Origin: Octopus sinensis
Lineage: Eukaryota
Length of the DNA stretch: 64,000 nt
Assembly (NCBI RefSeq): GCF_006345805.1
Contig: NC_043013.1
Span: 40,858,001-40,922,000, forward strand
Reading direction: 5' to 3'
Under the pieces are notes generated by a model. It made no database searches and had not been told where the DNA came from. It worked only from the letters and a program-made list of their open reading frames with translations. This document shows positions 1-12,989 of the stretch, one piece after another. Both the position numbers and the translations under genes were made by a program. Each line of letters opens with the position of its first letter. Position 1 is the first letter of the stretch.

Positions 1-256
1 CTCCATTAATAAAGACTAATATTTTTCCTCTCCATTTTTTTTTCTCCTTCCATCTCTTTTCTCTTCTCATCCCTTTCTGTAGAAGTGCATACGTTCGAAA
101 TGTTAAAAACTTCTTCCATTTTTCCTCAGCATCAAACTATTACACACTGTTTGTTGTTCTTTCAACTGTCTTTATCACTTGTATATTTTTTGTATATTTT
201 TAACTATATATACATATCTATATATGTACATTATATATATATATATAATATATTGT

Positions 257-590
257 GAAGGCGCATGGCTCAGTGGTTAGAGCATCGAGCTTACGATCGT
301 GTGGTTGTGAGTTTGAATCCTGGACCCGGCTGCGTGTTGTGTTCTTGAGCAAGACACTTTATTTCACATTGCTCCAGTTCACTCAGCTGTAGAAATGAGT
401 TGCGATGTCACAGGTGCCAAGCTGTATCGGCCCTTGCCTTTCCCTTGGATAACACTGCTGGCGTGGAGAGGGGAGGCCAGTGTGCATGGGCGACTGCTGT
501 TCTTCCATAAACAACCTTGCCCAGACTTGTGCCTGGGAGGGTAACTTTCTAGGTGCAATCCCATGGTCAGTCATGACCGAAGGGGGTCTC
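257..590 (+). mobile_element. tRNA-derived SINE, family A; second partial copy at about 21950-22225 (-)
   Basis: Box A-like tggctcagtggttag and box B-like gagtttgaatcc. The body matches the reverse complement of 21950-22225. Confidence 0.78.
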
Positions 591-1713
591 AATATATATA
601 ATGTATATTTATACATAATCAATTAATTAATAAATTAATGAAAGATAAAACCATTTAATGAGTCTATCAAGTGGCTAGCTTGTTAACTCCATTTAGGAAA
701 ATATGTATACTGAAATATAATTATATAGATACGTGTAGTCCCTTAGCCAGAAATTTATTATTGATCTATGAGTGATCTTTCTTTTGATATCTGATTGATT
801 CACCAGCCTGCTTTCATCCTGTGCTAATGGAGTAAAATTATAGGTGGTTTATAGAGCTTTTAGTGTCTATTTCAAGCATGTTGGTGTGTGTCTACACATA
901 CCCTTGTGTTATAATTATACCTATATAATTATATTTCAGTATATGTATGTGTATATATTTATGTATACACATATTCACATACATATTTACATATATGCAC
1001 ACACACATATACATACATATTTGTGTGTGTGTGTGTGTTTAATTAACCTTTTAGCATCATCTGTCCCTTTCATATTAATCTGGTTATGAACTTGAGCCCA
1101 TGTTAGGAATTTCAGAACAGTTTGTTAACAGAAACTAATTAATATTCAGATTAGGCTGCCAAAGAATTGTTTACCACTGATTATATCAACTAGGGACCAC
1201 AAACACTTAAAATTGATGTTCTGACAGCAACTACTGCCCAGTTGTATGGTACTCCGTATTAAGCAAAACTAATGACATGCAGCTAGCTAGGCCAAAATCA
1301 GTGATCCGACCAGAAGTTTGGGGCTTGAATATCAGTTGTCCATGACTTTCCTGGGAATCTGAGATGAGTAGAAAGAAAGAAGAAAGTTATTCTCATACTA
1401 AAGACCATTCTCAAATGCCTGCAACAGAATGAATTCCGCCAAAGACGTCTAATGGATAGGGTCTACCAGCCAAAAATGGAAATGGCTTCCTCAAGAAGCT
1501 TCAGCTCAGTTTCTCCTAACTAAATTTCACATACAGGGTTTTGCTTGATTCAAGTGTTAAATAAAAAGGTATTTACTCAAGATGATGAGATGAAGGATTG
1601 AACCTGAAACCATGTAATTGTGAAGTAAACATCTTAACCACAGAGCCACACCTACACTCATTGGAAGATGATTTGAGGGAGATTTAGTTCATAATTTCAG
1701 GTGAAACAACAGT

Positions 1714-2016
1714 GTACGAAGGGGTGCTGAGAAGTTCCTGGAGTTAAGGGCATGGCAAAAGGACTGAGGGCTAAGAAAACCAAAAGATGACTGCAATAAG
1801 TGTGTGAATCTGAGAGGGGAGTACATTGAATAAAGATCATAATTAACAGATTCTTTTGTATTTCCTTTTACCCAAAACCAGGAACTTTTCAGCATCTCCT
1901 TGTGTGTGTGTGTATGTATATATATATATATATCATCATGATCGACCAGGCTATCAGATGTTGCTACACATCACTGGTCACAATGCGCTTTGCATTGTTT
2001 TAGCCTTCAAAGCAGG

Positions 2017-2067
<51 letters not shown>

Positions 2068-2285
2068 GCGAGTGGGTGCTGGAAAATTCTTGGCATTAAG
2101 ATATCACAAAAAGCCTGGTCGGAAGCCCAACCTTCTGAGTTCTTTTATAGTGCTTAGAAAAACTGAAGGACTGCTGCAAAAAGTGTGTGAATCGAAGAGG
2201 GGAATATGTTGAGTAAAATCATAACTGATTCTCCTGTATTTTCTTTTACTGAAGGCCAGGACTTTTTCAGCATCCCCCTCATAAA
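1714..2285 (+). mobile_element. Two adjacent mariner-type MITE copies (about 1714-1900 and 2087-2285)
   Basis: Each begins g(a/g)..ggtgctg..aa.ttc.tgg and ends ccagga(a)ctttt(t)cagcatc.cc (inverted termini). Their interiors are similar. Confidence 0.65.
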
Positions 2286-3119
2286 CGGTCCTTCTTTAGC
2301 ATGACAGGTACTAACGTTGTTTGTCCTTAAACTGCCCTGTTTTAACCAGAGCTGTCATCTAAGACATTCTAGCCATGCCCCATCCATCTTTTTAGTCTCA
2401 GTTTATCTGAAGCTTCATCATTTGATATTCTCTTCTTCCTCTTTATATTTTTTTCTTCTTCGTTATAGACAATAGGATTTGACTCGAGAGGCATTTGACT
2501 GCTATTTCTAACACGTCAAGTAATCACACTGCAGGCTTCACCATTACTTTGACATGCACAAATGTTTGCCAAGGTGGTGTCATGTGAAAATTGAGAGAGA
2601 AAGAAAGAGGTTTCTAACTTACTTGGTTTTACAGGAAGGAGACCTCAAAAAAAAAAAAAAAAAAAAATACTAAGAGATGGCAGCTAAATGTCCTCGCAAT
2701 ACTCAGTGTTATGTATTTCCTCCAGCGAATTGCAATTATATTCTCTTTCCTGGAGAAGCTCACTCTGTAGTTTTCTGTGCTCTTTCAAGGCTGAACAGCA
2801 TTAACATACTATTAACTACCGTTTCCATTGATTTCTCTCCCTCTGTGCAACCACTACATCGTTACCTGTATGTATTTTCCATTCAAGTTTACCAGCTGTT
2901 ACCATCTGATATGTGGACATTATTGATTTTGATTAAGAAAGGTGACCATCAGCCCCCCCACCTCCATCCACTCATCCACACACACACACACATGTACAAA
3001 CATATGTATATACATACACACATACCTACTTACATCACTGATTCAATTCCGGCCCTTACAAACCTGACATGCTATTAATTTCATTTTGTATTGGTCACAA
3101 CATGGCGAAAAATCAATAA

Positions 3120-6100
3120 AGTAGAGGTGATGGTGGTGGTGGTGGTTATAGTGTTGGTGGTAGTTCTGGTAATGGTGGTGGTAGTGGTGGTATTAATGGC
3201 AGTGGTAAAGGTAGTAGTGGTGTTGGTAATGGTGGTGGTAGTGGTGGTTATAGCATTGTTGTTGGTGGTATTGATGGCAGTGGTGGTGTTGGTAATAATG
3301 GTGGTGATGGTTATAGTGTTGGTAGTGGTATTGGTGGTGGTTGTGGTGGTGATGGTTATAGTGGTGGTGGTGGTATTGGTGATGGTGGTTGTGGTGGTAT
3401 TGATGGTAGTGGTGGTGTTGGTAATAGTGGTGGTGATGGTTATAGTGTTGGTGGTGGTATTGTGATGGTGGTGGTGGTTGTGGTGGTATTGATGGTAGTG
3501 GTGGTGTTGGTAATAGTGGTGGTGATAGTTATAGTGTTGGTGGTGGTATTGGTGATGGTGGTGGTGGTGGTGGTTGTGGTGGTATTGATGGTAGTGGTGG
3601 TGTTGATAATAGTGATGATGGTACATACATACATACCTAGTTACATCACTGTTAGTGGTGGTTGTGGTGGTAGTGATGGTAGTGGTGGTGTTAGTGATGG
3701 TGGTAGTAGTGGTAATAGTGGTTGTAGTAATGGTGGTGGTGGTTATAGTGTTGTGGTAGTTCTGGTAATGGTGGTGGTGGTATTGATGTCAGTGGTGAAG
3801 GTAGTAGTGGTGTTGGTAATGGTAGTGGTGATGTTGGTGGTGGTTATAGCATTGTTGTTGTTGGTGGTATTGATGGTAGTGGTGGTGTTGATAATAGTGG
3901 TGGTGATGGTTATAGTGTTGGTGGTGGTATTGGTGATGGTGGTGGTGGTTGTTGTGGTATTGATGGTAGTGGTGTGGTGTTGATAATAGTGATGATGGTA
4001 CATACATACATACCTAGTTACATCACTGTTAGTGGTGGTTGTGGTGGTAGTGATGGTAGTGGTGGTGTTAGTGATGGTGGTAGTAGTGGTAATAGTGGTT
4101 GTAGTAATGGTGGTGGTGGTTATAGTGTGTGGTAGTTCTGGTAATGGTGGTGGTGGTATTGATGTCAGTGGTGAAGGTAGTAGTGGTGTTGGTAATGGTA
4201 GTGGTGATGTTGGTGGTGGTTATAGCATTGTTGTTGTTGGTGGTATTGATGGTAGTGGTGGTGTTGATAATAGTGGTGGTGATGGTTATAGTGTTGGTGG
4301 TGGTATTGGTGATGGTGGTGGTGGTTGTTGTGGTATTGATGGTAGTGGTGGTGTTGATAATAGTGATGATGGTACATACATACATACCTAGTTACATCAC
4401 TGTTAGTGGTGGTTGTGGTGGTAGTGATGGTAGTGGTGGTGTTAGTGATGGTGGTAGTAGTGGTAATAGTGGTTGTAGTAATGGTGGTGGTGGTTATAGT
4501 GTTGGTGGTAGTTCTGGTAATGGTGGTGGTGGTATTGATGTCAGTGGTGAAGGTAGTAGTGGTGTTGGTAATGGTAGTGGTGATGTTGGTGGTGGTTATA
4601 GCATTGTTGTTGTTGGTGGTATTGATGGTAGTGGTGGTGTTGATAATAGTGATGATGGTACATACATACATACCTAGTTACATCACTGTTAGTGGTGGTT
4701 GTGGTGGTATTGATGGTAGTGGTGGTGTTAGTAATGGTAGTGGTTGTAGTAATGGTGGTGGTGGTGGTTATAGTGTTGGTGGTAGTTCTAGTAATGGTGG
4801 TGGTGGTGGTGGTGATATTAATGTCAGTGGTGAAGGTAGTAGTGGTGATGGTGGTGGTGGTTAAAGCATTGTTGTTGTTGGTGGTATTGATGGTAGTGGT
4901 GGTGTTGGTAATAGTGGTGGTGATGGTTATAGTGTTGGTGGTGGTATTGGTGATGGTGGTGGTGGTTGTTGTGGTATTGATGGTAGTGGTGGTGTTGATA
5001 ATAGTGATGATGGTACATACATACATACCTAGTTACATCACTGTTAGTGGTGGTTGTGGTGGTTGTGGTGGTAGTGATGGTAGTGGTGGTGTTAGTAATG
5101 GTAGTGGTTGTAGTAATGGTGGTGGTGGTGGTTATAGTGTTGGTGGTAGTTCTAGTAATGGTGGTGGTGGTGGTTATAGTGTTGGTGGTAGTTCTAGTAA
5201 TGGTGGTGGTGGTGGTGGTGATATTAATGTCAGTGGTGAAGGTAGTAGTGGTGATGGTGGTGGTGGTTAAAGCATTGTTGTTGTTGGTGGTATTGATGGT
5301 AGTGGTGGTGTTGGTAATAGTGGTGGTGATGGTTATAGTGTTGGTGGTGGTATTGGTGATGGTGGTGGTGGTTGTTGTGGTATTGATGGTAGTGGTGGTG
5401 TTGATAATAGTGATGATGGTACATACATACATACCTAGTTACATCACTGTTAGTGGTGGTTGTGGTGGTAGTGATGGTAGTGGTGGTGTTAGTAATGGTA
5501 GTGGTTGTAGTAATGGTGGTGGTAGTGGTTATAGTGTTGGTGGTAGTTCTAGTAATGGTGGTGGTGGTGGTGGTGATATTAATGTCAGTGGTGAAGGTAG
5601 TAGTGGTGATGGTGGTGGTGGTTAAAGCATTGTTGTTGTTGGTGGTATTGATGGTAGTGGTGGTGTTGGTAATAGTGGTGGTGATGGTTATAGTGTTGGT
5701 GGTGGTATTAGTGATGGTGGTGGTTGTTGTGGTATTGATGGTAGTGGTGGTGTTGATAATAGTGATGATGGTACATACATATATACATACCTAGTTACAT
5801 CACTGTTAGTGGTGGTAGTGATGGTAGTGGTGGTGTTAGTAATGGTGGTGATGGTGGTAGTAGGGGTAATAGTGGTTGTAGTAATGGTGGTGGTGGTGAT
5901 GGTTATAGTGTTGGTGGTGGTATTGGTAATGGTGGTGGTGGTATTGATGTCAGTGGTGAAGGTAATAGTGGTGTTGGTAATGGTAGTGGTGGTGGTAGTG
6001 GTGATGGTGGTGGTGGTTATAGCATTGTTGTTGTTGGTGGTATTAATGGTAGTGGTGGTGATGGTTATAGTGTTGGTAGTGGTATTGGTAATAGTGGTGA

Positions 6101-6270
6101 TGGTGGTGGTGGTTGTGGTGATAGTGGTGGTGGTTGTGGTGGTGTTAGTAATCGTGGTGATGGTGGTAGTGGTGGTAAAAGTGGTAATGGTGGTAGTGAT
6201 GATGGCAGAAGTAAAAGTGGTGGCAGTGTTGGTGGTAGTGATGATGGCAATGGCAGTGGTTGTGGTGGGC
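3120..6270. repeat. GGT/ACC-rich tandem array, unit about 290-410 bp
   Basis: Marker gtacatacatacatacctagttacatcactgttag starts at 3621, 3998, 4372, 4658, 5013, 5419 and 5771 (the last has a 4-nt longer tract). Confidence 0.95.
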
Positions 6271-6747
6271 ACAGAAAGAATATTATTATAGTTAATTTAT
6301 ACATTTTAATGTCCTTGGAAATATTTAAATTACAATTTACACCTGAGATTTCAATTTTAGTTATCTTCTTATCTTTTACCTGTTTCAATTATTGGACTGT
6401 GACCATGCTGGGGCACTGCCACGTATGGTTTAGGTGAACATATCCACATTTGTACCTATTTTAAAGTTTGGTACTTATTTTATCGTTTTTTTTTTTGCTA
6501 GACTGCTATGTTACAGGGATGTAAACAAACAAACACTGGTCATCAAGCAATCAGGAGGAGACAAATACAAAGACACACAAAATATTCATCATCATCATCA
6601 TTATCATTTAAGGTCCATTTTCCATGTTGGCATAAGTTGGACAGGAACTGGCATGGCCAGGGATCATGCCAGGTTCCATAGTCTATTTTGGCTTGGTTTC
6701 TATGGCTGGATGCCCTTCCTAATGCCAACCACTCCAGAGAATGTACT

Positions 6748-6749
<2 letters not shown>

Positions 6750-6819
<70 letters not shown>

Positions 6820-6827
6820 TATATATG

Positions 6828-6878
<51 letters not shown>

Positions 6879-6921
6879 ATATATATATATATATATGTAT
6901 GTGTATATATATATATATATG

Positions 6922-6965
<44 letters not shown>
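6750..6965. repeat. (TA)n microsatellite; similar tracts at 41760-41945, 50805-51010 and 56393-56740
   Basis: Direct dinucleotide repeat. These tracts explain the YI/IY ORFs in the track. Confidence 0.97.
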
Positions 6966-6969
<4 letters not shown>

Positions 6970-9929
6970 TATGTTAATGCAAATAGGAAAAATAGAACTC
7001 GAAATATGAGTATATGTATATTTTTACTAATATTCAGTGGAAGCAACAGAATGACTTAAGGTCTGGAAGTTTTGTCATGACACTCTCAGACCTTGAGTCA
7101 CTCTGTTACTTCTGCTAAATATTAATAAATAAATAAATATTATGCACACACACACATAATGACAAGCTTCTACACAGTTTCCATGTACCAAATTCAATCA
7201 CAAAGCATTGGTTGGTTCAGGGCTATGGTAAAAGATAATTGCCAAAGATGTTGTGCAGTGGGATTGAATCCCAAATCAATTAAATGGTTGCAAAATGAGC
7301 TTATTAACCATGCAGAAATATTTCACTACAAGATCATTAAAGTGCAAGAAAATAAAATTGTGAGTTGTGACAATAATTCATACATGAAGATTGCAAAATA
7401 CACAAGAAGCATTCACTTGTATGGTTCGGTTATCAAATAAATAATATATAGACATAGCATATATTGTATACAATAAATGATAAGGAAGTTTATAAGATTT
7501 ATAACAAGTATTCACTGTTATAATACTGAAATTGATCAAGGGAACTCAGTATTATAAGGTGATACATTAGTTCTATTGTGGGATCATAAATTTGTATTCA
7601 TTAGTTGAATGAGATCTTAAATCTTGCTACCACAAATGTCAAATTACAAAAGCCTTTTAAATACATTGTTGCTGGCCTTGTAACTAAACTGCAGAGACAA
7701 CATACAAAATAGGTTACCTGCATAACAGGTAATGAGTCAATGTAGGCAGCATTTACTTAGTCACTCAAAATAGAAACCAAACCTCTCTCAGATCACACCA
7801 TAATGTCTTAACCCTTGGCCCATTCAAAGTTTGTCTTAAACATCCGTGCTTGTTACAGATTTTTAGCTAACTCTTGTTTTGTATGTTCTGAGTAATATAA
7901 AGATTTCCTTTTGTAAGTCTCAAGTAAGACTGGTCGTTGAAAAATATTGGGGATGTGTACCATATATGATGCAAGGATGCTAGAGAAATATGTCCTGTGT
8001 ATCACATGTGAAACAACAGATTACAAAAGAAAGACACAAAACATAGAATAATGTTATTTTAAATACAATGTATCTGTAAAGAAAAGACTGTTACAGTTCA
8101 AATGCTTTTAATTCTAGGTTTGTTGGATCAGGAGTCCACATAGAAAGGGGGTTTATATATCAACAAAACAATTGCAGAATGCTCAAATACAATAACAACA
8201 GACTAAATATATAAAACATAGGATAAATATTAAAACTGAAATACAAGGAGCACAATTCATGACTACTTGCCACCGCAATGTAAAATAAAGCCTCAAGACT
8301 GATGTGTCCAGCTACCCACAACATCCAAACACTACAACAAATCATTATTCAGATTTCAGATATCGTTCTCATAAGAAAACTTCCATCCATTCATTTTCTC
8401 CACTCATTATTCCTGGTAGTGATTAGAGGTAGAGTCTTCATTGCACCCCCTCCATAGGGTACAATCAAAAGCAAGCATCATCACCCTTTCCTTCTGGATT
8501 TCCAAGCATGACCAACTGAGACAATAAATATTATCCAACTACTCCAATGTCTCCTGTCAGTTGGTTTAGTTTGAAGAATTTGTCTTGCAATTCTTTCCTG
8601 TAATATTCTAATCACATGTAATAAGGCAGCAAGCTGGCAGAATCATTAGTGCATTGGGTAAAATGCTTTTGACATTTTGTCTCTCTTTTTGTCATGAGTT
8701 CAAATTCTGCCATGGGCAACTTGGCCTTCCATCCTTTCGGGTTCAATAAAACAAGTACCAGTTGAACAATGTTGTTGAAGTAATCGACTTACCCCCTACC
8801 TCGAAATTGCTGGCCTTGTGCCAAAATTTGAAATCAATATTCTAATCATCTGTCCCTAGTATAGGATATGTAATCTCTCAATGCAGAGAAGTAGTGGCTC
8901 GATCTGGAGAGAATCCCTCATTTCTGAGCTATGCAGCCTATCAAGAAATGTTCCTATAGAAGACCCCCCCCCATTTTGGCTGCTTACCCTTTTATTTGTT
9001 TCAGTCATTTGACTGCGGCCATGCTGGAGCACCACCTTTAGTCATACAAATTGACCCCAGGACTTATTCTTTGTAAGCCTAGTACTTATTCTATCGGTCT
9101 CTTTTGCTGAACTGCTACGTTACGGGGATGTAAACACACTAACATTGGTTGTCAAGTGATGGTAGGGAGACAAACACAGACACACACATATACATCACCA
9201 TGATTGATTGCTAGCCACTAACCCTTTTTTATTTTCTCTCTGCTTATTTCTGTGTTCTTTTCTGTTGAAGAGCGTAGGCTCGAAATGTAAAAGACCTTCT
9301 CACTTCCCGAGCATTAGACTAATACATCTGTTTGTTGTTTACACATCCGTCTTTGTTTTTTGTTTTGTTCTTTGTAAATTCTAACTATACATATACATAG
9401 AGACATATATATATATATATATGTACGTGGGCTTCTTTCAGTTTCCATCTAACAAATCCATTCACAAGGCTTTGGTCGGCCTGAGGTTATAGTAGAAGAC
9501 ACTTCCTCAAGGTGCCACGCAGGGGACTGAACTTGGAGCCATGTGGTTGGTATGCAAGCTACTTACCACACAGCCACTCCTGTGCCTATATATGTGATCA
9601 TTTTCTTGTGTGCTTGTGTATGTGATCATTCTCTTTTGGTTGTTACTGAACATTCATGGCCATAGCTGATGATGGGCATGTAAACTTACAGAAAGAAATT
9701 AAACTATGAAATTAAAACTACATTTAAACTATAGGTGCAGGTATGTCTGTGTGGTAAGAAGCTTGCTTCCCAACCACATGGTCTGGGTTCAATCCTGCTG
9801 TGTGGCACCTTGGGTAAGTGTCTTCTACTACCAAAACCTTGTGAGATGGGAACTGAAATAAGCCCTACGTATATATGTACTGTGTATCAAAAATGTGTTA
9901 TTGTGCCTCAAAAATTCATACCCCAGAGC

Positions 9930-10391
9930 TAAACAGTGTTCTGAAGCATTTGGGAGAGGGCATTTGGTGAAAGCAACCAGATTTGTGGAGTGCAAAGAAT
10001 CGGATTCTTCACAATGACAATGTGTCCTTTTACTGAGCTCTCCACACTTATAAGCTTCTCACCAAAAACAACATGGTATCACTTCCACACACACACACTG
10101 TTCGCCAGATTTAGCACCTTCAGACTTCTGTCTCTTCTCCAAGATGAAAATGCAGCTCAAAGGTCACCATTTAAACACTGTTTTCAAGATCAAGAGAAAA
10201 TCACAGAAGGTCCTTGACTTGCTTACAGAAAATGACTGCCAGGCTGGATTCCAAGAGTTGCAGGAATGCTGGAACTGGTTTATTGCTGTGCAAAGTAACT
10301 CTTTCAAAGGAGATGATGTTAAAATGAAGACGAATAAGTTATTTTTTAATAACATGACTTGTCGGGGAACCTTTTGATACCATCCCGTATA
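9930..10391 (+). mobile_element. 3' fragment of the same mariner family as 34996-35832
   Basis: Shares aaggtcaccatttaaacactg..aagatcaagagaaaatcacagaaggtcct with 35637-35695. Ends ttttgataccatcccgta. Confidence 0.72.
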
Positions 10392-10949
10392 TAACAAAAG
10401 AGGAAATTAGAAATTATTTCCAATTATTTCCTGTTTTGTTATAAAATAACTCTGCAAATAATATTTCCACAATTCTCAATTTTAATAGTTTTTTTTGAAC
10501 CAATATACATAGGTGCAGGCGTCGCTGTGTTGTAAGAAGCTTGCTGCGAGCTGGCAGAAACGTTAGCACACCGGGAGAAATGCTTAGTGGTATTTCGTCT
10601 GTCGTTACGTTCTGAGTTCAAATTTTGCCAAGGTTGAATTTGCCTTTCATCCTTTCAGGGTTGATAAATTAAGTACCAGTTACGCACTGGGGTCAATGTA
10701 ATTGACTTAATTCCTTTGTCTGTCCTTGTTTGTCCCCTCAATGTTTAGCCCCTTGTGGCCAATAAAGAAATAAGAAATAAGCACAGACAAGCTGACTTTG
10801 AGGGCAATAATTGTGAATAAGAATTGATATAGAGTAGATATAATACTTGAGTTCTGCCACATCAAACCCCTCTTTTTCTTGGGGTGTGATAAAAAAAAAT
10901 CACCAAGTCCATGCTGTAAGATGTACACAACAACAAATACGGCTAGCTT

Positions 10950-11160
10950 TCCCTGTTGTGACGTGAATCACATGATAAAAAGTATTGTAATGTATGGCAG
11001 TCACATGATGAGAACTGTTGTAGAGAGTCCCAGACAAGGAGTGCAATGAGACAAGGGTGAGTGTCAGATGAGTGCAGTGTTTGCGTGAGACAACAAGGAC
11101 TGCGAGAAAAGAGCTATCCAACTCGTATCAGCCGAGAAAAAATGTGACGTAAATTGGTGA
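10950..11160 (-). promoter_or_regulatory. Candidate intronic promoter/enhancer
   Basis: Non-repetitive segment retaining CpG, with TCACATGA twice (10968, 11001), GTGACGTG (10958), TGACGTAA (11145) and a CCAAT on the minus strand (about 11154-11158). Confidence 0.3.
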
Positions 11161-12241
11161 GGGTGATTTCTAACTCATAACAAGTGGTACAATTGTTGAA
11201 TGACTGATATCAGTAATGAGATTTAACTATAAAACCTTTTTTACAAAATAAGCACAAAAATATTACTTATTTCTTTTAATTTCCAAGTAATGGCTCCACC
11301 TAAGTTACCATTGTGTCTGAAAAGGGCGTGGATACTTTAAAACTGCTCTGTTGTTCATATCTATAATGATCTACACTCCATTGAGCAGTTTTGAAAAGCA
11401 ATAAAAACTACAAAAATATATATAAACACAAAAAGAAATGTTATTGTCATTGTGAATGAAAGACGTAACAGAGCTAATTGTTTGGTGTCTGGTCTAAACT
11501 TAGACTTTACTGGACATTAAAAAAAAAAAACCCCGAAAAAACCAAAAAAAAAATCAACTGAAAGGTTTCTCTGAATTTTAAAGCTGTATTTATAGTTTGG
11601 TTGGCTTCCAGATATTTCCTTACAATGCCGTATGAAAATCCAGTGTCACAACATTAATTAACAACTAAGATTAGTAACAGAGATTTTCACCCGACTTTAC
11701 CAACTTCAACCTTTTGAAATCCATTCTCTAACCTACTTTTTTTTTTTTTTTTTTACTACCCTGCAAATGTTGACTTGGAAATGTTCATGCTGGATATCAG
11801 CCATATTGATGTCATTGATGTCTAGGAAGTCCAGTAAAAGTCATGAGCAATACCCTTAGACCCTAAGCAAAAGTCAGAGTTAAGTATTTTGTTTATGAGC
11901 ACAATGGAATCCTTGTCAAAAACTCACACAACTGGAAGAGAAAATGTGGCATAGCTCAGATAGTTTGATAAATTATTGATTCTTGTCTTGTAGGAGTGTA
12001 TATGTAAAGACTCAACCTGCTAAAAATAATAGCCAAATAGAATCACCCCACATTTTTGTTTCTTTTTAAAAATACATCAGATAATGTAATCTTAAAAACA
12101 GCATATCCAACAAAAAAACAAAAACAAAAAAAAAACCAATAAAATACAGGGGACTTCCAACAGCTGATTTGGGTTAAATAACAACCAGTATTAGCCATTT
12201 TGACTCCAATGAATCAACAGGGACTGATATAAAAGTCTTAC

Positions 12242-12417
12242 CTGACTTTCCAGGCTCTGATAGCACTCTGGATATTGGTGGCAGATCTTATGGTCCTCGT
12301 AAACTTCTTACGAACTATGAATGCCCTCACAGTTCGCTGTATGGATAAAATAGCTTCATCCTGTACAGAACGAGAGGCTTTTTCTAGATGTTGTTCAAAT
12401 GCTTCTTTCAGGAAAAC
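12242..12417 (-). CDS. MYO15: Myosin XV-like exon: end of motor plus two IQ motifs
   Basis: Acceptor (t)n-cttttattaaaag, donor cag|gtaaga. 176 nt, phase-0 start: VFLKEAFEQHLEKASRSVQDEAILSIQRTVRAFIVRKKFTRTIRSATNIQSAIRAWKV(R). The IQxxxR motifs are 23 aa apart. Confidence 0.93.
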
Positions 12418-12989
12418 CTTTTAATAAAAGAAAAAAAAAACATTTATGATTAACATATATTTTACTTTGATAGGGATCCAAAATGAATTTACAAATAACA
12501 AAACAAAAATAAAACATAAAAAAAGTGGGACAGAGCAAGCATAGCCCCCTATAACACCCACCCCTCCTACAGATCACATTTAACTATCTGCCGCCTAGAA
12601 AATTGTTTCCAGATTACAAACACAGTGTTATTTACATTCCTTGAATATCATGTTAAACAATAGTTTGTTATGAAATCAATAGGTAAAATATACAGCGAGA
12701 GGTATATAGTATAGTTATACACCTACAAGGTGTGGCTCTGTGTACGTGTGTATGTGTATACCTGTGTGTATGTGTATACATGTGTGTATGTGCATATTTG
12801 TGTATACATAACTAGCAACTAAATTTAGACGTGATCAAAGGATTGGTATGAAGAAAAAGAAATCTATGCTATGTATGGGAATAATTCTATATGAATGAGG
12901 AAAACAAAAAAACTGAACCAACAAAATGCTTACAACAAAAGTTACTATTGGGTCACCTCATAAATGATGTGTCTTTTTTTATACTTCTT

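Noticed and set aside
257-330. tRNA-like A/B boxes, here and at other SINE heads
   Set aside because: They are followed by repeated SINE bodies and I could not fold a full cloverleaf, so they are not called tRNA genes.
804-818. Possible 15-nt microexon (cag|GATGAAAGCAGGCTG|gtgaat); similar candidates at 11309-11316 and 38854-38868
   Set aside because: Weak donors or a non-triplet length. Such matches are expected by chance in 64 kb and have no peptide support.
2677-3078. 133-aa plus-strand ORF
   Set aside because: No recognisable domain, runs into (CA)n sequence, and is antisense to the host gene.
3621-5810. A constant ~35-nt marker with long intervening segments, superficially CRISPR-like
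   Set aside because: The intervening segments are homologous to each other and 250-370 nt long. The context is eukaryotic and there are no cas genes.
3081-6291. Long Thr-, His-, Val- and Gly-rich ORFs resembling a mucin
   Set aside because: All frames on both strands are open because (GGT/ACC)n lacks stops. Frames shift between units and I found no acceptor-donor exon structure.
6434-7059. YI/IY/VC-rich ORFs, here and at 33297-33589, 41705-41997, 50519-51108 and 56293-56711
   Set aside because: Translations of (TA)n and (TG)n microsatellites.
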